NCBI GenBank assembly: GCA_963702475.1
Contig: CAVPCT010000006.1
Location: forward strand, 64,001 to 128,000
DNA: 64,000 nucleotides
Source: an uncultured Thermoleophilia bacterium
GTDB taxonomy: Bacteria; Actinomycetota; Thermoleophilia; UBA2241
Direction of reading: 5' to 3'
The notes under the pieces are model-generated. The model saw nothing but the letters and a program-made list of their open reading frames with translations. It was not told where the DNA came from and searched no databases. Positions 1 through 11,347 of the stretch are shown piece by piece. The position numbers were made by a program, and so were the translations under genes. How positions within the stretch are numbered: the first letter of the stretch is position 1; every line of letters begins with the position of its first letter.

Positions 1-1
1 C

Positions 2-157
2 GCCGGCCTGCTGCTGGGCATGCCGTGGTGGGCCTACGCCCTGCTCGGCATCGTCGGCACGATCGTCGCGGCGCTCCTCATGGAGCGGCTCGCCTTCCGG
101 CCGGTGCGCAATGCGAGTCCTCTCACAACGAACAGCGTTCGAGCACACTGCCGGTGA
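2..157 (+). pseudogene. Truncated branched-chain amino acid ABC permease (LivH-like) fragment; 5' part lies outside the window
   Basis: Frame 2 reads ...GIVGTIVAALLMERLAFRPVRNASPLTT, matching the LivH at 7589-8482 (YLMERIAFRPVRNSSETT). Similarity is lost at ~128 and TGA follows at 155-157, well before a LivH C-terminus. Confidence 0.7.
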
Positions 158-263
158 GGCAACGCGCTCGTTGACCGGGACGACCCTGCACGTCGTAATT
201 GACGCTTGGCCTATCATCACTTCCAGTCGCCGACCTACGGACGAACGCTCTACTCAGCCACCC

Positions 264-908
264 ATGAGCACCATTCTGGCCGACATCGCCGCAGCCGTGC
301 GCGACGGAGACCACACTGTCTGCGCCGAGCTGGCAGATCGGGCACTCGAGGAGCACGACGCCCCCGAGATCCTGTCGCAGGGTCTCGTACCCGGAATGCA
401 GGCGCTCGGCGAGCTCTTTCACGACGGCCAGGCGTTCCTGCCCGAGATCCTCATCAGTGCGCGGGCGATGCACGCCGGGCTCGGTCGGCTGCGCCCGTTC
501 CTCGCGCGGGGGGGCGCGGCGATGAAGGGGACGGTGGTCATCGGCACCGTAGCCGGGGACCTGCACGACATCGGCAAGACCCTCGTCGCCCTGGTCCTCG
601 AGGGGAATGGCTTCACGGTCATCGACCTTGGCGTCGATGTGGCCGCCGAGACCTTCGTCGACGCCGCCCGCGCCCACCGTGCCGACGTCGTCGCGCTCTC
701 CGCCCTGCTCACTGCGACGACGCGGCAGTTCCGCACGGTCGTGGAGGCTCTGGAGCGAGCGCAGCTGCGCTCGCACGCGAAGGTGCTCGTCGGCGGAGCG
801 GCCGTTTCCCAGGCCCTCGCCGATGAGGCCGGCGCCGACGCGTTCGCCCCGGACTGCATCTCCGCGGCTGCCGCCGTGGCGGAACTCGTCGCCGACCGGG
901 CATTCTGA
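264..908 (+). CDS. Corrinoid (B12-binding) methyl-carrier protein, MtbC/MttC/MtaC family
   Basis: N-terminal helical cap (FLPEILISARAM), the DLHDIGK DxHxxG motif, SALLT and VLVGGA. ATG at 264 chosen by homology with the paralog at 49645. Confidence 0.92.
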   Translation: MSTILADIAAAVRDGDHTVCAELADRALEEHDAPEILSQGLVPGMQALGELFHDGQAFLPEILISARAMHAGLGRLRPFLARGGAAMKGTVVIGTVAGDLHDIGKTLVALVLEGNGFTVIDLGVDVAAETFVDAARAHRADVVALSALLTATTRQFRTVVEALERAQLRSHAKVLVGGAAVSQALADEAGADAFAPDCISAAAAVAELVADRAF

Positions 909-910
909 GC

Positions 911-2116
911 ATGGCAGCCTTCACGCGAGAGCGGTTCCGAAGCATCTGCCGAGGCGAGCGGCCGGGTGACTTCGGCATCCTCGCCGACGTGTTCACGGTG
1001 CTCTCGTTCGAGAACTGCTTGGCGTGGGTCGCGCAGGGCGCACCCCCCTTCCTGGCGGAGGACTGGCCGGACGCCGGCACGGGGATACCGGAGGCCGTCC
1101 GCAGGTACTTCGATTTCGACGAGTCCCGGCTGCTGTACGAGGTGCACAGCGGCATCAACAGCGGCAGCGCGCGCGTGGGATTCAGGGGCGCCTCGTTCCG
1201 CGACGTCTCCTTCCTCGTCGAGCCGCCGTTCGGTCTCGACGTCGTCGAGGAGGACGACGAGAGCCTGGTGTTCGTGAGTCGCATGGGCTCGCACGAGAAG
1301 GTGAGCAAGGGGTCCGGTTGGGAGCTCACGCTGCCGGTCCAGCGGCCGGTGCGCGACCGTGAGACCTGGTCGCGGTTCAAGGAGCGGCTGGACCCTCAGT
1401 CGCCGACTCGCTATCCCCGAGATTGGGACGCGTATGTCGCCCGGGTGAACGCCCTGGACTGTCCGGTGGGCATGGAGGTGGGCGGGTTCTTTGGGTACCC
1501 CAACATGTGGATGGGCACCCAAGACCTCATGCTGCTCTTCTACGACGACCCGGGCCTCGTCGAGGAGATGATGGAGACGATCCTCCACCTCGAACTGGGC
1601 GTGGTGGCGCGCGTCGCCGCCGACATCGACCTCGACTTCGTCTGCTACTGGGAGGACATGGCGTACCGCTCAGGTCCTATGATTAGCCCGGCCATGACGC
1701 GCCGCTTCATGCTTCCTCGCTACGAGCGCCTCAACGAGGCTGTGCGCGCCGCGGGTTGCGACGTCTTCTTCCTCGACTCGGACGGCGACGTCGACCTGCT
1801 CGTCCCCCTCTGGCGTGAGGCGGGCATCAACCTGTTCTGGCCGCTGGAGTGCGCCGTCGGTATGGATCCGCTGGCGCTGCGCGCCAAGTACGGCAAGGAG
1901 ATCATCCTCGCCGGCGGCTTGGACAAGCGCGTCTTCGGCGCGGGCAGGGAGGCAATCGAGCGAGAGGTCATGGACAAGGTACCGGCACTCGTGCAGTCCG
2001 GCCCGTACTTCCCGGCCCCAGACCACGTGGTGCCGTCGGACACGCCCTTCGAGAGCTTCTGCTTCTACATCAATCTGCTGCGCCGCATCCGCGGAGACGA
2101 ACCGCTCGACCTCTGA
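911..2116 (+). CDS. Uroporphyrinogen decarboxylase-fold protein (UroD/MtaA-like methyltransferase superfamily)
   Basis: Motifs WEDMAYRSGPMISP, DSDGDV, GGLDK and PDHVVP. Starts 2 nt after the corrinoid gene stop. Confidence 0.85.
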   Translation: MAAFTRERFRSICRGERPGDFGILADVFTVLSFENCLAWVAQGAPPFLAEDWPDAGTGIPEAVRRYFDFDESRLLYEVHSGINSGSARVGFRGASFRDVSFLVEPPFGLDVVEEDDESLVFVSRMGSHEKVSKGSGWELTLPVQRPVRDRETWSRFKERLDPQSPTRYPRDWDAYVARVNALDCPVGMEVGGFFGYPNMWMGTQDLMLLFYDDPGLVEEMMETILHLELGVVARVAADIDLDFVCYWEDMAYRSGPMISPAMTRRFMLPRYERLNEAVRAAGCDVFFLDSDGDVDLLVPLWREAGINLFWPLECAVGMDPLALRAKYGKEIILAGGLDKRVFGAGREAIEREVMDKVPALVQSGPYFPAPDHVVPSDTPFESFCFYINLLRRIRGDEPLDL

Positions 2117-2120
2117 ACGC

Positions 2121-4849
2121 CTACTCCTCGGGCGACCGCTCGTCTGCGGCGGCCGCCCGGCCGGAGAAGTCGTAGCGCCCGCTGACCACCTCGAGGATGG
2201 GTCCGCGATCCGTCCACCGCACAGGTCCGAGCCCGTCGGCGGCCGCGATGTCCACTCCGCCCTCCGTGACGGGCGAACCGGGATCGACCGGCAGGCACAG
2301 CGAGGCGGTCAGACCGGGGGGCACCTCCACCTGCCACGCGAAGCGTTCGCCGTCTAGCGACCAGGAGCTCGCCAGGCGCCCGTGCGGCGTTTCGTACGAG
2401 CCACTGGCCCACGTGAGGCCACCTCCGGGCAGGGGAGCGAGCAGGGCGCGCCCGAAACCGGCCGCGCCCTGCTCGTCAACGCCGATGCCGGCGATGACGC
2501 GGTACATCCAGGCGCCCACCGCCCCCAGGACGTGGTGGTTGAGCGAGTTCATGGTGCGGTCCTGGAAGCCGCCCTCGGGCGTCCAGCCGTCCCAGCGCTC
2601 CCACACGGTGGTGGCGCCGTTGAGCACCTGAAAGAGCCAGGACGGGAACTTGGTCTGCAGGAGCACGTCGTAAGCCACGGCGACGTGACCAGCATCCGAC
2701 AGCACGTCGAGGATGTGGGCCGAGCCCAGGAAGCCGGTGCTGAGGCGCGTCCCGCGCCGTCGGAGCAGCTCGACGAGCGCGGCGGCCGTCGGCGCCATAG
2801 CGCCGCGCTCGAGCAACCCAAAACGCAGAGCGAGCACGTGTGCTGTCTGGGAGTACACGGCGAGGACGCCATCTGGGGAGCAGAACCTGGCTCGGAAGAC
2901 ACGCGCCGCGTGTGAGGCGGCGCCGGCGAAGCGGCGCGCGTCGGCCGGCAGGTTGAGCGCCGCGGCGATGCGACTCATGAGGCCGGTCACGTGTGCCAGG
3001 TAGGCGGTGCCGATGAGGTCGAGCGGGGTTTCGACCTCCGCAGCGCCGCCCTCAGGCGCTTGCAGAGCGTCGACCGGCGTCAGCCAGTCACCGAAGCCAC
3101 GGAAGTGCGGCGAGTCGGGGTGCGCCCGCACGCCGCCGACCAGCGTGCGCTCAACGTAGTCGACATAGCGCACCAAGGCGGGATAGTGGCTGCGCAGCAC
3201 TCGCTCATCGCCGTACAGCACGTAGTGCCTCCAGGCGCATATCACGGCGGCGTCCGCCCAGCCCGGCCCGCCGTCGCTCATGCCGAAGAAGCCTATGTCG
3301 GGCGCCACGGGGGGGTAGGAGCCGTCCTCGGACTGGCCCAACTCGAGATCCACGAGCCACTTCTCGAGGAACCGTGAGAGGTCGAACGTGTACGCTGCGG
3401 CAGGCAGCACCAGCTGCAGGTCGCTGGTCCACCCCAGACGCTCGTCGCGCTGGGGGCAGTCGGTCGGCACGTCGACCAGGTTGCCCTCAATCGACCTGAC
3501 GATGTTCGCGTACAGGCGCTCGAGCAGGGGATGCGAACAGGAGAAGTTTCCCGTCCTCTTCAGGTCGGAGCGCAGCACGTGTACGCGAAGCTCGGGCGGG
3601 TCCGCGGCATCCTGCGCCTCCGCCTGTACGTACCTGAAGCCGTGCACCGTGAACGAGGGCTCCCACGCCTCCACCCCCTCCCCGGAGAAGGTGTACGCGT
3701 CCGTCTGGCGCGCGTCGCCGAGGTTGTCGAGGTAGACGCTGCCGTCGGGGTGCAGGGCCTCGCCGTGTCGCAGCACGAGTGTGCTGCCGCGCCTCCCGCG
3801 GCCCCTGACGCCGCAGCGTCCTACGACGTTCGCGCCAACATCGTAGACCCACCAGCTCTCCCACTCGTCGAGGCGCCGGGGAGGAATCTCCGGCCTCAGT
3901 TCGCTCACCACCCGCACGGCTGGGCCGGGAGACGGGACCACGGCGATGCCGCTCACGTCTTGCGCCTGCGCCGGCCCCCACTCTCCGTCATCGAAGCGCG
4001 GCTCGCTCCACCCCCGCACGGCCCGGCGCCCGTCGTAGGCCTCGCCGAGGGCCAGGTCGGCGGCCAGCAGGGGGCCGTAGGTCACGCGGAAGCTGCTGTC
4101 CGTCACGACATCAACGACGGTGCCGTCCGCCAGCTGAACCACGAGGCGCGCCAGCACCAGCGGCCTCTCGCCGTAGTGCTGGCGTCCCACGCGGAAGAGA
4201 TGTCCACAGTACCACCCGTCGCCCAGCACGAAGCCCAACGCGTTTTCTCCCTCGCGCAGCTGCTCTGTGACGTCGTAGGTCTGAGCAAGAACCCGACGAC
4301 GGTAGTCCGTCCAACCGGGTGTCAGCTCACGGTCGCCAACTCGCTTGCCGTTGAGGAACGCGAGGTAGAGTCCCAGCGCCGTCACATACAGGCGAGCGCA
4401 GCGCGCTGGACCGGCGACCGCGAATACGCGGCGCAGGTAGGGCGGGGGGCATGTGGTGCGCGGGCCGCCACTGAGCGGCCCCCCAATCCACCGCGCGCCC
4501 CCCCAGTCGGAGGCCCGCAGCAGGCCGGTCTCCCACCACTCAGGGCCGGCTTGTGCCTGCTCGCCGTCCTTGCCCCAGACCTGCGCAGTCCACCAGACGC
4601 GTTCGGCCGACCCGACACGCGGTCCGCCTACGGCGCCTGCGTGGACCGCCCGGACTCCACGCGGCCGCTGTCCCAGAGCAGGTCCTCGCCGGCTGTGAGA
4701 TCAGCCGGCTCGCGTGCGGCCAGAACGCGGTAGGCGGACTGCCCGGCGCCACGCCCTTCAGCCGCGATCTTCCACGAGAGGCGCGGCCGGGTCTCTGCGA
4801 TGCCGAGCGGCCGCGCCTCACCCTCGCAGCGCAGGTCGTAGACCCTCAC
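2121..4849 (-). CDS. Alpha-L-rhamnosidase (GH78); one frameshift at ~4629
   Basis: N-terminus VYDLRCE..PLGIAETRPRLSW..LLWDSGRV (GTG 4849 overlapping the rhaD stop). After a 1-nt deletion (TAC->TA) it continues to WETGLL..YLRRVF..TALGLY..PTDCPQRDERLGW..GATTVWERWD..SLNH. Confidence 0.9.
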
Positions 4850-5603
4850 AGCTCTTCCAGCTGCGCGCCGCTCAGTCCTTGCGGCTCGACGCCGGCGCCC
4901 TTGACGAGGAAGAAGAGGCGTGCGCACTTGTCGGCGATGTCGACCAAGTCGAACGCTTCGAAGAGGTCCTCGCCCACCGCCACGCAACCATGCTTCTCCC
5001 ACAGCACCAGCCGGTGGTCGCGGAGCTCCTCCACCGTCGCGCGCGCCAGCTCCTCGCTCCCGGGGCGCACGTAGCGCACCAGGCCGACGCCCTCCGGCAC
5101 GACCACCTTCATCTCCGGGTGCATCGACCACAGCAGGTCGGTGAGCGCCCGCCCCGAGGCGTACCGCTCCACGTGCGTCAGGGCGATCAGGTGGTCGGGG
5201 TGGGTGTGCAGCACGACTTTCTTGGCGGGGTCGCTGCGCCTCAGGTGAGCGTGAACGGCGAGGTGGGAGACGAACTCCGACGTCAGGCGCGCGTCCTCTT
5301 GGCCGGCTCGCAAAGGATCTCGTAGCCGTCCGCCTTGTCCCTGATGCGGGCGAGAATGACGTTGTCCTCGGGGCGCTTGGCGATGTCCCTGAAGCGGGAG
5401 CCAGTGATCGTCACGAGGTACGTGCGTCCGGCCACCTCAGGGTATGGGATCGGCTCGATGACCTTTCTCACTGTGGTGGAGCGGGCGCACGACTCGTCCC
5501 CAGTCACGTCAAGCGAGAGGTTGCCGGCGTTGCGCTCGGCCCAGCCAAGCTCCCAGATGACGCGGGCGATGTCGGCGATTTGGGCGAGGGTGTCGTCGAT
5601 CAC
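4846..5603 (-). CDS. rhaD: Rhamnulose-1-phosphate aldolase (class II); frameshift at ~5311
   Basis: GWAERNAGNLS in the first frame; TSEFVSH, HTHP and LWEKHG in the second; located in a rhamnose locus. Confidence 0.85.
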
Positions 5604-5630
5604 TATAGCCTCCGGCCTGCGCCGCGAAGG

Positions 5631-7592
5631 TCAGAGCTCGTCGCCTTCGAGCAGCGGCTCGGACACGGCTAGCTTCTCCCGCTCCCGCGCCGCGCCGCCA
5701 GGGCGCGTCGCCTCGCTGGCCTCTCCCCGAGATACGCCTCGATGACGAGCGGGTCACTCTGCACCTCGGCGGGCGTGCCGGCGGCGATGATCTCGCCGCT
5801 GTTGAGGACGTACACCCACTCGCACAGGGTCATGATGAAGGGCAGGTCGTGCTCGACGATGAGCATGCTGCAGGCGCGCCGCTGTCGCAGCTCACGCAGC
5901 ACCACGAGGAGCTCACGCGTCTCCACGTCGTTCATGCCTGCGGCCGGCTCGTCGAGGAGCAGCAACGACGGGGCAATGGCGATGGCGCGCGCAATCTCGA
6001 GTCTGCGCTGCGAACCGTAAGGGAGTTCGCGCGCCCGCGACTCGGCCCACTCCACCAGGTCGAACTCCTCGAGGATGCCCTCCACCGAGTCCTCCGTCTT
6101 GTCCGTGCGGTGGCGGCCCCCGGCGACGAGGCCCACCTCGATGTTCTCGCGCACCGTCAGCTGTGAGAACAGGCGGATGTTCTGGAAGGTGCGGCCGATG
6201 CCGGCGATCGCCACCCCCCGGGGACCGTGGCGGGTGACGTCGCGGCCGCCGAACTCGATCCTGCCGCTCGTGGCAGGATCGACGCCGGAGATAGCGTTCA
6301 GAAGCACGGTCTTGCCGGCGCCGTTCGGGCCGATAAGGCCGACGATCTGGGCCTCGCCGACCTCGATCGACACGTCGTTGAAGGCCGTGAACCCGCCGAA
6401 CTTCTTGGTCGCCCCCGTCACCACGAGGCGGTGCGTGGCTGGCGGCGCCTCCCACGACCCCACCGTCTCGGGGTCGCGGATCGACCACGGTCGCGGCCGG
6501 CGTGGTGGCGGTCGGCTTCGCCGCGACTCCGCGCCGCCGCACCAGCGCCCAGATACGGACGAGCAGGGTCTCGATTTCGGCGTCGCCAACGAGACCGGTG
6601 GGGTGCCAGATGAGCACCGCCACGAGCACCACCCCGGTGAACAGCTGCGACAGCCCGAGGATGACGGGGACCTGCACCCCGAAGATCACGGGGCCGTCCC
6701 CGAGCACCCTGGTGGCCTCGCGGCCGATGGAGAGGACGACTGCGCCGAGCACCGCACCGCTCACGCTGTACATGCCGCCGAAGACGAGCATCGCGAGGAT
6801 GAGGAACGTGAGGTTGGCGAAGATGTCGCCGGGTGTGATGGTACCGAGGAAGTGGGCGTACAGCACGCCCCCGAGACCGGCCAGAGGAGCGCTCGCGACC
6901 CAGGCCCAGAACTTGGAGCGGGCCACGTGCACGCCCACCGTCTCGGCCGCGAGGTCGTCTTCGCGCGTCGCTTGCACGCGCAAGCCGACCCGCGAGGCGC
7001 GGAACAGCCGGGCCACGACGATGGCCGCGATGGCGCCGACGCAGGCCACCATGAGCGTGGTGGATTGGGGAATGGCGTAGAACGCCTCAGCCCCGCCGGT
7101 TAGCGGTTTCCAGTTGATGAGCACCGCGTTGACGATGACGAGGAACGCAAGGGTGAAGATGGTGGCAGCGAGCTCCTGCAGGCGCGCCACTGCAACGCCG
7201 ACCAGGGCGGCGACCGCGGTGGCTAGGACGATGCCGGCCGCCATCGCGAAGGGCACCGGCAGCTGGACACCGGCGAGACCCCAGGGCGCGTTTGGTATGG
7301 CGAAGTTCTTGACCGTCGGCGGCACGCTCAAGATGGCGCTGGTGTACGCAGCGAGCGCCGCCAGGCTGATGTGACCCAAGCTGATGATGCCGGTGTTGCC
7401 GATGAACATCTGCATCGACACGCTGAGCACCACGGACACGGCGAGGACGATGGAGAAGCGCTCGCCGATGCTGCCGCGCACGCCCGAGTAGGCGAACAGG
7501 CCGGCCATCAGTGCGGCGCCCAGCACCAGACCCCAGAAAGCCCCGCGAACGCCCGGATGGCGGACGCCGAGCAGCAGGGCGTCGCCGCTCAT
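5631..7592 (-). CDS. LivM-LivG fusion (branched-chain-type ABC permease plus ATPase); frameshift at ~6485 and possibly ~5722
   Basis: ATG 7592 overlaps the livH stop. The permease part (GIISLGH, TLAF, LTGG) has no stop before the ATPase part (GPNGAGKT, RTFQ, LPYGSQRRLEIARA, LLDEP) in another frame. The end is TAG 5669 or, with one more indel, TGA 5631. Confidence 0.8.
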
Positions 7593-8482
7593 ACGCGGCT
7601 TGCGCTCGCAGCGCCGAAGAGGCCGTTGGGACGAATGGAGATGACTATCGCGACCACGACGAACACGAAGCCCTGCGTCAGACCCGTCATGCTGGGCGGC
7701 AGCGTCGCGCGCAGGGCGACCTCGATGCCTCCCAGCAGGAACCCGCCGACCACGGCGCCGCCGAGGCGCCCGAACCCTCCGATGACGGTGGCCACGAACG
7801 ACATCAGCAGCACGGACTGGCCCATCATCGAATCCACCGTGGCGCGGCGCCCGACGATGGAGATGCAGGCGAGCGCGGCCAGCACGCCGCTGATGAGAAA
7901 AGCCGCGAGGATGACGCTGTCGGCCTTGATACCCATAAGCCGAGTGGCATCGAAGTCCTCCGCCGCAGCACGCATCGCCCTGCCCAGCGTCGTCCTTCGC
8001 AGGACGAGGGTGAGTACCAGCAGCGCCGTCGCCGTCATGAGGATGGTGGCGATGTTGAGCAAGCTGAACTGGGCAGACAGGACACGCACCGACCGGCCTA
8101 GCCAGTCGGGTGGCGGCAGGGCGCGCACCCGTGTGGAGATGAGCGTCTGGAGCAGGCTGAGGATGATGATGCTCAGGCCGAAAGAGGTGAGCATCATCGT
8201 GGTCTCCGAGGAGTTGCGCACCGGCCGGAAGGCGATGCGTTCCATAAGGTAGGCGACCAAGGCGCCGACGAGGATGGCCGAGAGCGGCGCCAGCAGGAAC
8301 GGGAACGGGATCCCGAAAACCACTAGGGCGTACATCGCGAAGCCGGCCAGCGTGATGATCTCGCTGTGGGCGAAGTTCACGAGTCCCATGATGGAGAAGA
8401 GGATGGCCAGCCCAAGTGCGACGAGAGCGTAGATGCTGCCCAGGCTCAGGGCGTTCACGATTTGCTCGACGACCTCGCGCAC
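7589..8482 (-). CDS. livH: Branched-chain amino acid-type ABC permease LivH
   Basis: GSIYALVALGLAILFSIMGLVNFAHSE; LGRAMRA; IGGFG. Confidence 0.88.
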   Translation of the reverse strand: MREVVEQIVNALSLGSIYALVALGLAILFSIMGLVNFAHSEIITLAGFAMYALVVFGIPFPFLLAPLSAILVGALVAYLMERIAFRPVRNSSETTMMLTSFGLSIIILSLLQTLISTRVRALPPPDWLGRSVRVLSAQFSLLNIATILMTATALLVLTLVLRRTTLGRAMRAAAEDFDATRLMGIKADSVILAAFLISGVLAALACISIVGRRATVDSMMGQSVLLMSFVATVIGGFGRLGGAVVGGFLLGGIEVALRATLPPSMTGLTQGFVFVVVAIVISIRPNGLFGAASASRV

Positions 8483-8536
8483 CCCGGCTCCTCTCCTGCC
8501 CGCATCCCGCTTCGCCGCCGACAGAACGCATCGATG

Positions 8537-8590
8537 TGGACCAATGGTCCAGTTCGCGCGAGTTTAGACCGACGTTTCGGCGAAGGTCAA
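8537..8590 (-). promoter_or_regulatory. Putative sigma70 promoter for the livH operon with a downstream palindromic operator
   Basis: Minus strand TTGACC (8590-8585), 18-nt spacer, TAAACT (8566-8561). Perfect inverted repeat TGGACCA-A-TGGTCCA at 8537-8551. Confidence 0.55.
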
Positions 8591-8733
8591 GAACGCCGTG
8601 CAGAGGTCGCGGGTGGGGTCCGCAAGCCCTCTGCTTGCGGCCCACCGCCAGACGCCTGTACTCTCTCGCCCATGCGCTCCCGAGCTGAGTCGTATGCGGC
8701 CGACGGGCGGGCGCCGAAGGGCCGAGGGACGAC

Positions 8734-10245
8734 GTGAGCGGGCACACCTTCGTCGCCGTCGACCTCGGCGCCGAGAGCGGCCGCGTGGTTGCCGGGCGGT
8801 TCGAGGACGGCGCGGTCGGGCTGGAGGAGGTCCACCGTTTCTCCAACCGTCCCCTGTGGCTTCCCGACGGTCTGCACTGGGACGTGCTGGGGCTGTTCCG
8901 CGAGTGCCTAGACGGCATCGGACGGGCGGGACGGCGATACCGCCTCAGCGGCGTCGCCGTCGATTCGTGGGGCGTCGACTACGGCCTCCTGGACGAGCGC
9001 GGCCGGATACTCGGCCTGCCGTACCACTACCGCGATCCGCGAACAGAGCAGTGGGTGCGGCGGGCCGGGGAGCTGATCTCCCCGGCCGATCTCTACGCGA
9101 GGACCGGCATCCAGACGCTGCGCATCAACACGCTGTACCAGCTGCTCGCCGAACGGGACTCGGCCGCGCTTCGCGAGGCGGCACGCATCGCGATGATCCC
9201 CGACCTCGCGGCGTTCTGGCTTTGCGGCGAGCTCGCCAACGAGCGCACGGTTGCCTCCACTACCGGCCTGCTCGACGCGCGCACCGGGAACTGGGCGCGG
9301 GACGTCGTCACACTGCTGGGCCTGCCCAAGCGGCCGTTCGCCGGGACCGTCGAGCCGGGGGTCGTGCTCGCCCCGCTCCTCGCGCGCCATCGCGAGGCGC
9401 TCGGCCTTCGGCAGCCGCTGCCGGTGATCGCCACCGCGGCGCACGACACCGCAGCTGCGTTTGCGGCCGCGCCGGCCGCCGGCGCGGACGCCGCGGTGCT
9501 CGCATCGGGCACGTGGTCGCTGCTGGGTCTTGTGCTCGACCGGCCGATGCTGGACCAGCGTGCGCGAGCGGCCAACCTCGCCAACGAGCGCGGCATTCTC
9601 GGGACAATCCGACTGCTGCGCAACGTGATGGGCCTGTGGCTGTTGCAGGAGTGCCGCCGCGTCTGGCGCGCCCCCTCAGGCGAGCCCCCGGCCTACGACG
9701 AGCTCGTGCGGGAGGCGAGCGCCGAGACAGACGGAGCGCCAGCCCTGTTCGACCCCGACCATCCCTCACTCGCCGGCCCCTGCGACATGCCGGGGCGGAT
9801 TGCCGAGCTGCTAGTCGCCACAGGTCAGCAGGCGCCCGAGAGCCGCGGCCAGCTCGTGCGCGCAATAGTCGTGTCCCTCGCCTGCGCGTACCGCCGGGTC
9901 CTGGAGCAGCTCGAGAGCGTCTCCGGCAGGACCATCACCACCGTCAACATCATCGGCGGCGGCTCGCGGAATGCCCTGCTCTGCCAGCTGACCGCCGATA
10001 TCAGCCGCCGCCACGTGCTGGCGGGGCCGTCGGAGGCCTCCGCCCTCGGCAACGTGCTCGTGCAGGCCCTGGCGTGTGAGCTGATTGGCGAGGATGAGCT
10101 TGCGACCATCGCCCGCGCTTCTGCGAAGGTGGTGACCTTCTCTCCGGGGCGCGACGATCAGGCGCCGGAGGAGACCTATGGGCGCTTCCTGGCGCTTCTG
10201 CGGTCGAGTGATGCGGTACATCAGCAAACAGGGGAAGGACCATGA
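8734..10245 (+). CDS. rhaB: Rhamnulokinase (FGGY family)
   Basis: AVDLGAESGR, DSWGVDYGLLD, HYRDPRT, SGTWSLLG, NVMGLWLLQEC, EASALGN. Confidence 0.92.
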   Translation: MSGHTFVAVDLGAESGRVVAGRFEDGAVGLEEVHRFSNRPLWLPDGLHWDVLGLFRECLDGIGRAGRRYRLSGVAVDSWGVDYGLLDERGRILGLPYHYRDPRTEQWVRRAGELISPADLYARTGIQTLRINTLYQLLAERDSAALREAARIAMIPDLAAFWLCGELANERTVASTTGLLDARTGNWARDVVTLLGLPKRPFAGTVEPGVVLAPLLARHREALGLRQPLPVIATAAHDTAAAFAAAPAAGADAAVLASGTWSLLGLVLDRPMLDQRARAANLANERGILGTIRLLRNVMGLWLLQECRRVWRAPSGEPPAYDELVREASAETDGAPALFDPDHPSLAGPCDMPGRIAELLVATGQQAPESRGQLVRAIVVSLACAYRRVLEQLESVSGRTITTVNIIGGGSRNALLCQLTADISRRHVLAGPSEASALGNVLVQALACELIGEDELATIARASAKVVTFSPGRDDQAPEETYGRFLALLRSSDAVHQQTGEGP

Positions 10246-11347
10246 GCTCACCACAAGGCACGAGGGTCGAGGACCGGCTGGCCGAGCTGCGCATCGAGAC
10301 GCCCTCCTGGGGCTACGGCGACTCGGGCACTCGCTTCGCCGTGTTCCCTCAGAGGAGGCGGCCCACGATGTGTACGCGCGCGTAGAGGCCGCCGCGGAGG
10401 TGTGGAGGCTGACGGGGAGTGCCGACGCGGTCGCCCTGCACTTCCCGTGGGACGGGGTGGACGACCTGCAGCGGCTGCGGGCGCACATTGAGAGCAGCGG
10501 GCTGCGTGTGGGGGCCGTCAACGCCAACCTCTTCCAGGACCGCGACTACCGCCTCGGCTCGCTGGCCAGCCCCTTCGCCGAGGTGCGGGAGAAGGCCATC
10601 GCACAGCTCCTCGACTGCGTGCGCGTCGCCGCGGAGCTGGGGTCGACGGCGCAGTCGCTGTGGCTCGGCGACGGCACCAACTACGCCGGCCAGGACGACC
10701 TGCGAGGCCGGCGGCAGAGGCTGCTCGACGGACTCTCCCGTGTCTACGCCGCGCTCCCCCTGGAGCAGGAGCTGCTCGTCGAGTACAAGCCGTTCGAGCC
10801 GGCCTTCTACGCCACGGACATCGCCGACTGGGGCTCCGCTATTCTGCTCTGCGCGGCGCTGGGCGACCGGGCGCGTGTGCTCGTCGACATCGGCCACCAC
10901 GCGCCGGGCGCCAACGTCGAGCAGATTGTTGCGCTGCTCTCCGCCGAGGGCCGCCTCGGGGGGATCCATCTGAACGCCCGGCACTATGCTGACGACGACC
11001 TCATCGTCGGCTCCGTGAACCCCTTCGAGCTTTTCCTGGTCTTCACCGAACTCGTCGTCGCCGGCGCACCGCTGCCACGCCTCACCATCGACCAGTCGCA
11101 CAATGTGGAGCCTAAGCGCGAGGCGATGGTGCTGAGCGTCATGAATCTGCAGGAGGCCTACGCCAAGGCTCTGCTCGTCGATAGAGAAGCCCTGCGTCAA
11201 GCCCAGGAGCTTGGCGATGTTCTGCGCGGCCACGAGCTGCTTCGCGAGGCGTTCGCCACGGACGTGCGGGAACTGTGTGCGGCCGTGCGCGTGCGACTCG
11301 GCGGGGTGGCGGATCCCCTGACCGCCGCCCGCCGCCCACGGATCTAG
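10242..11347 (+). CDS. rhaI: L-rhamnose isomerase (RhaI type); frameshift at ~10352
   Basis: ATG 10242 reads IETPSWGYGDSGTRFAVF; the second frame gives LHFPWD, EYKPFEPAFY, DIGHHAPGANVE, YADDDL and IDQSHN. Confidence 0.88.

Noticed and set aside
4628-4630. TAG ending the GH78 N-terminal ORF as a second Pyl codon (same TAG GCG GAC context as mttB)
   Set aside because: Homology continues in a different frame; a lost C in TAC (Tyr of PYGGP) explains it.
5913-8918. 1001-aa ORF
   Set aside because: Only 7592 to ~6485 (LivM) is real; the rest is off-frame overlap with livH and livG.
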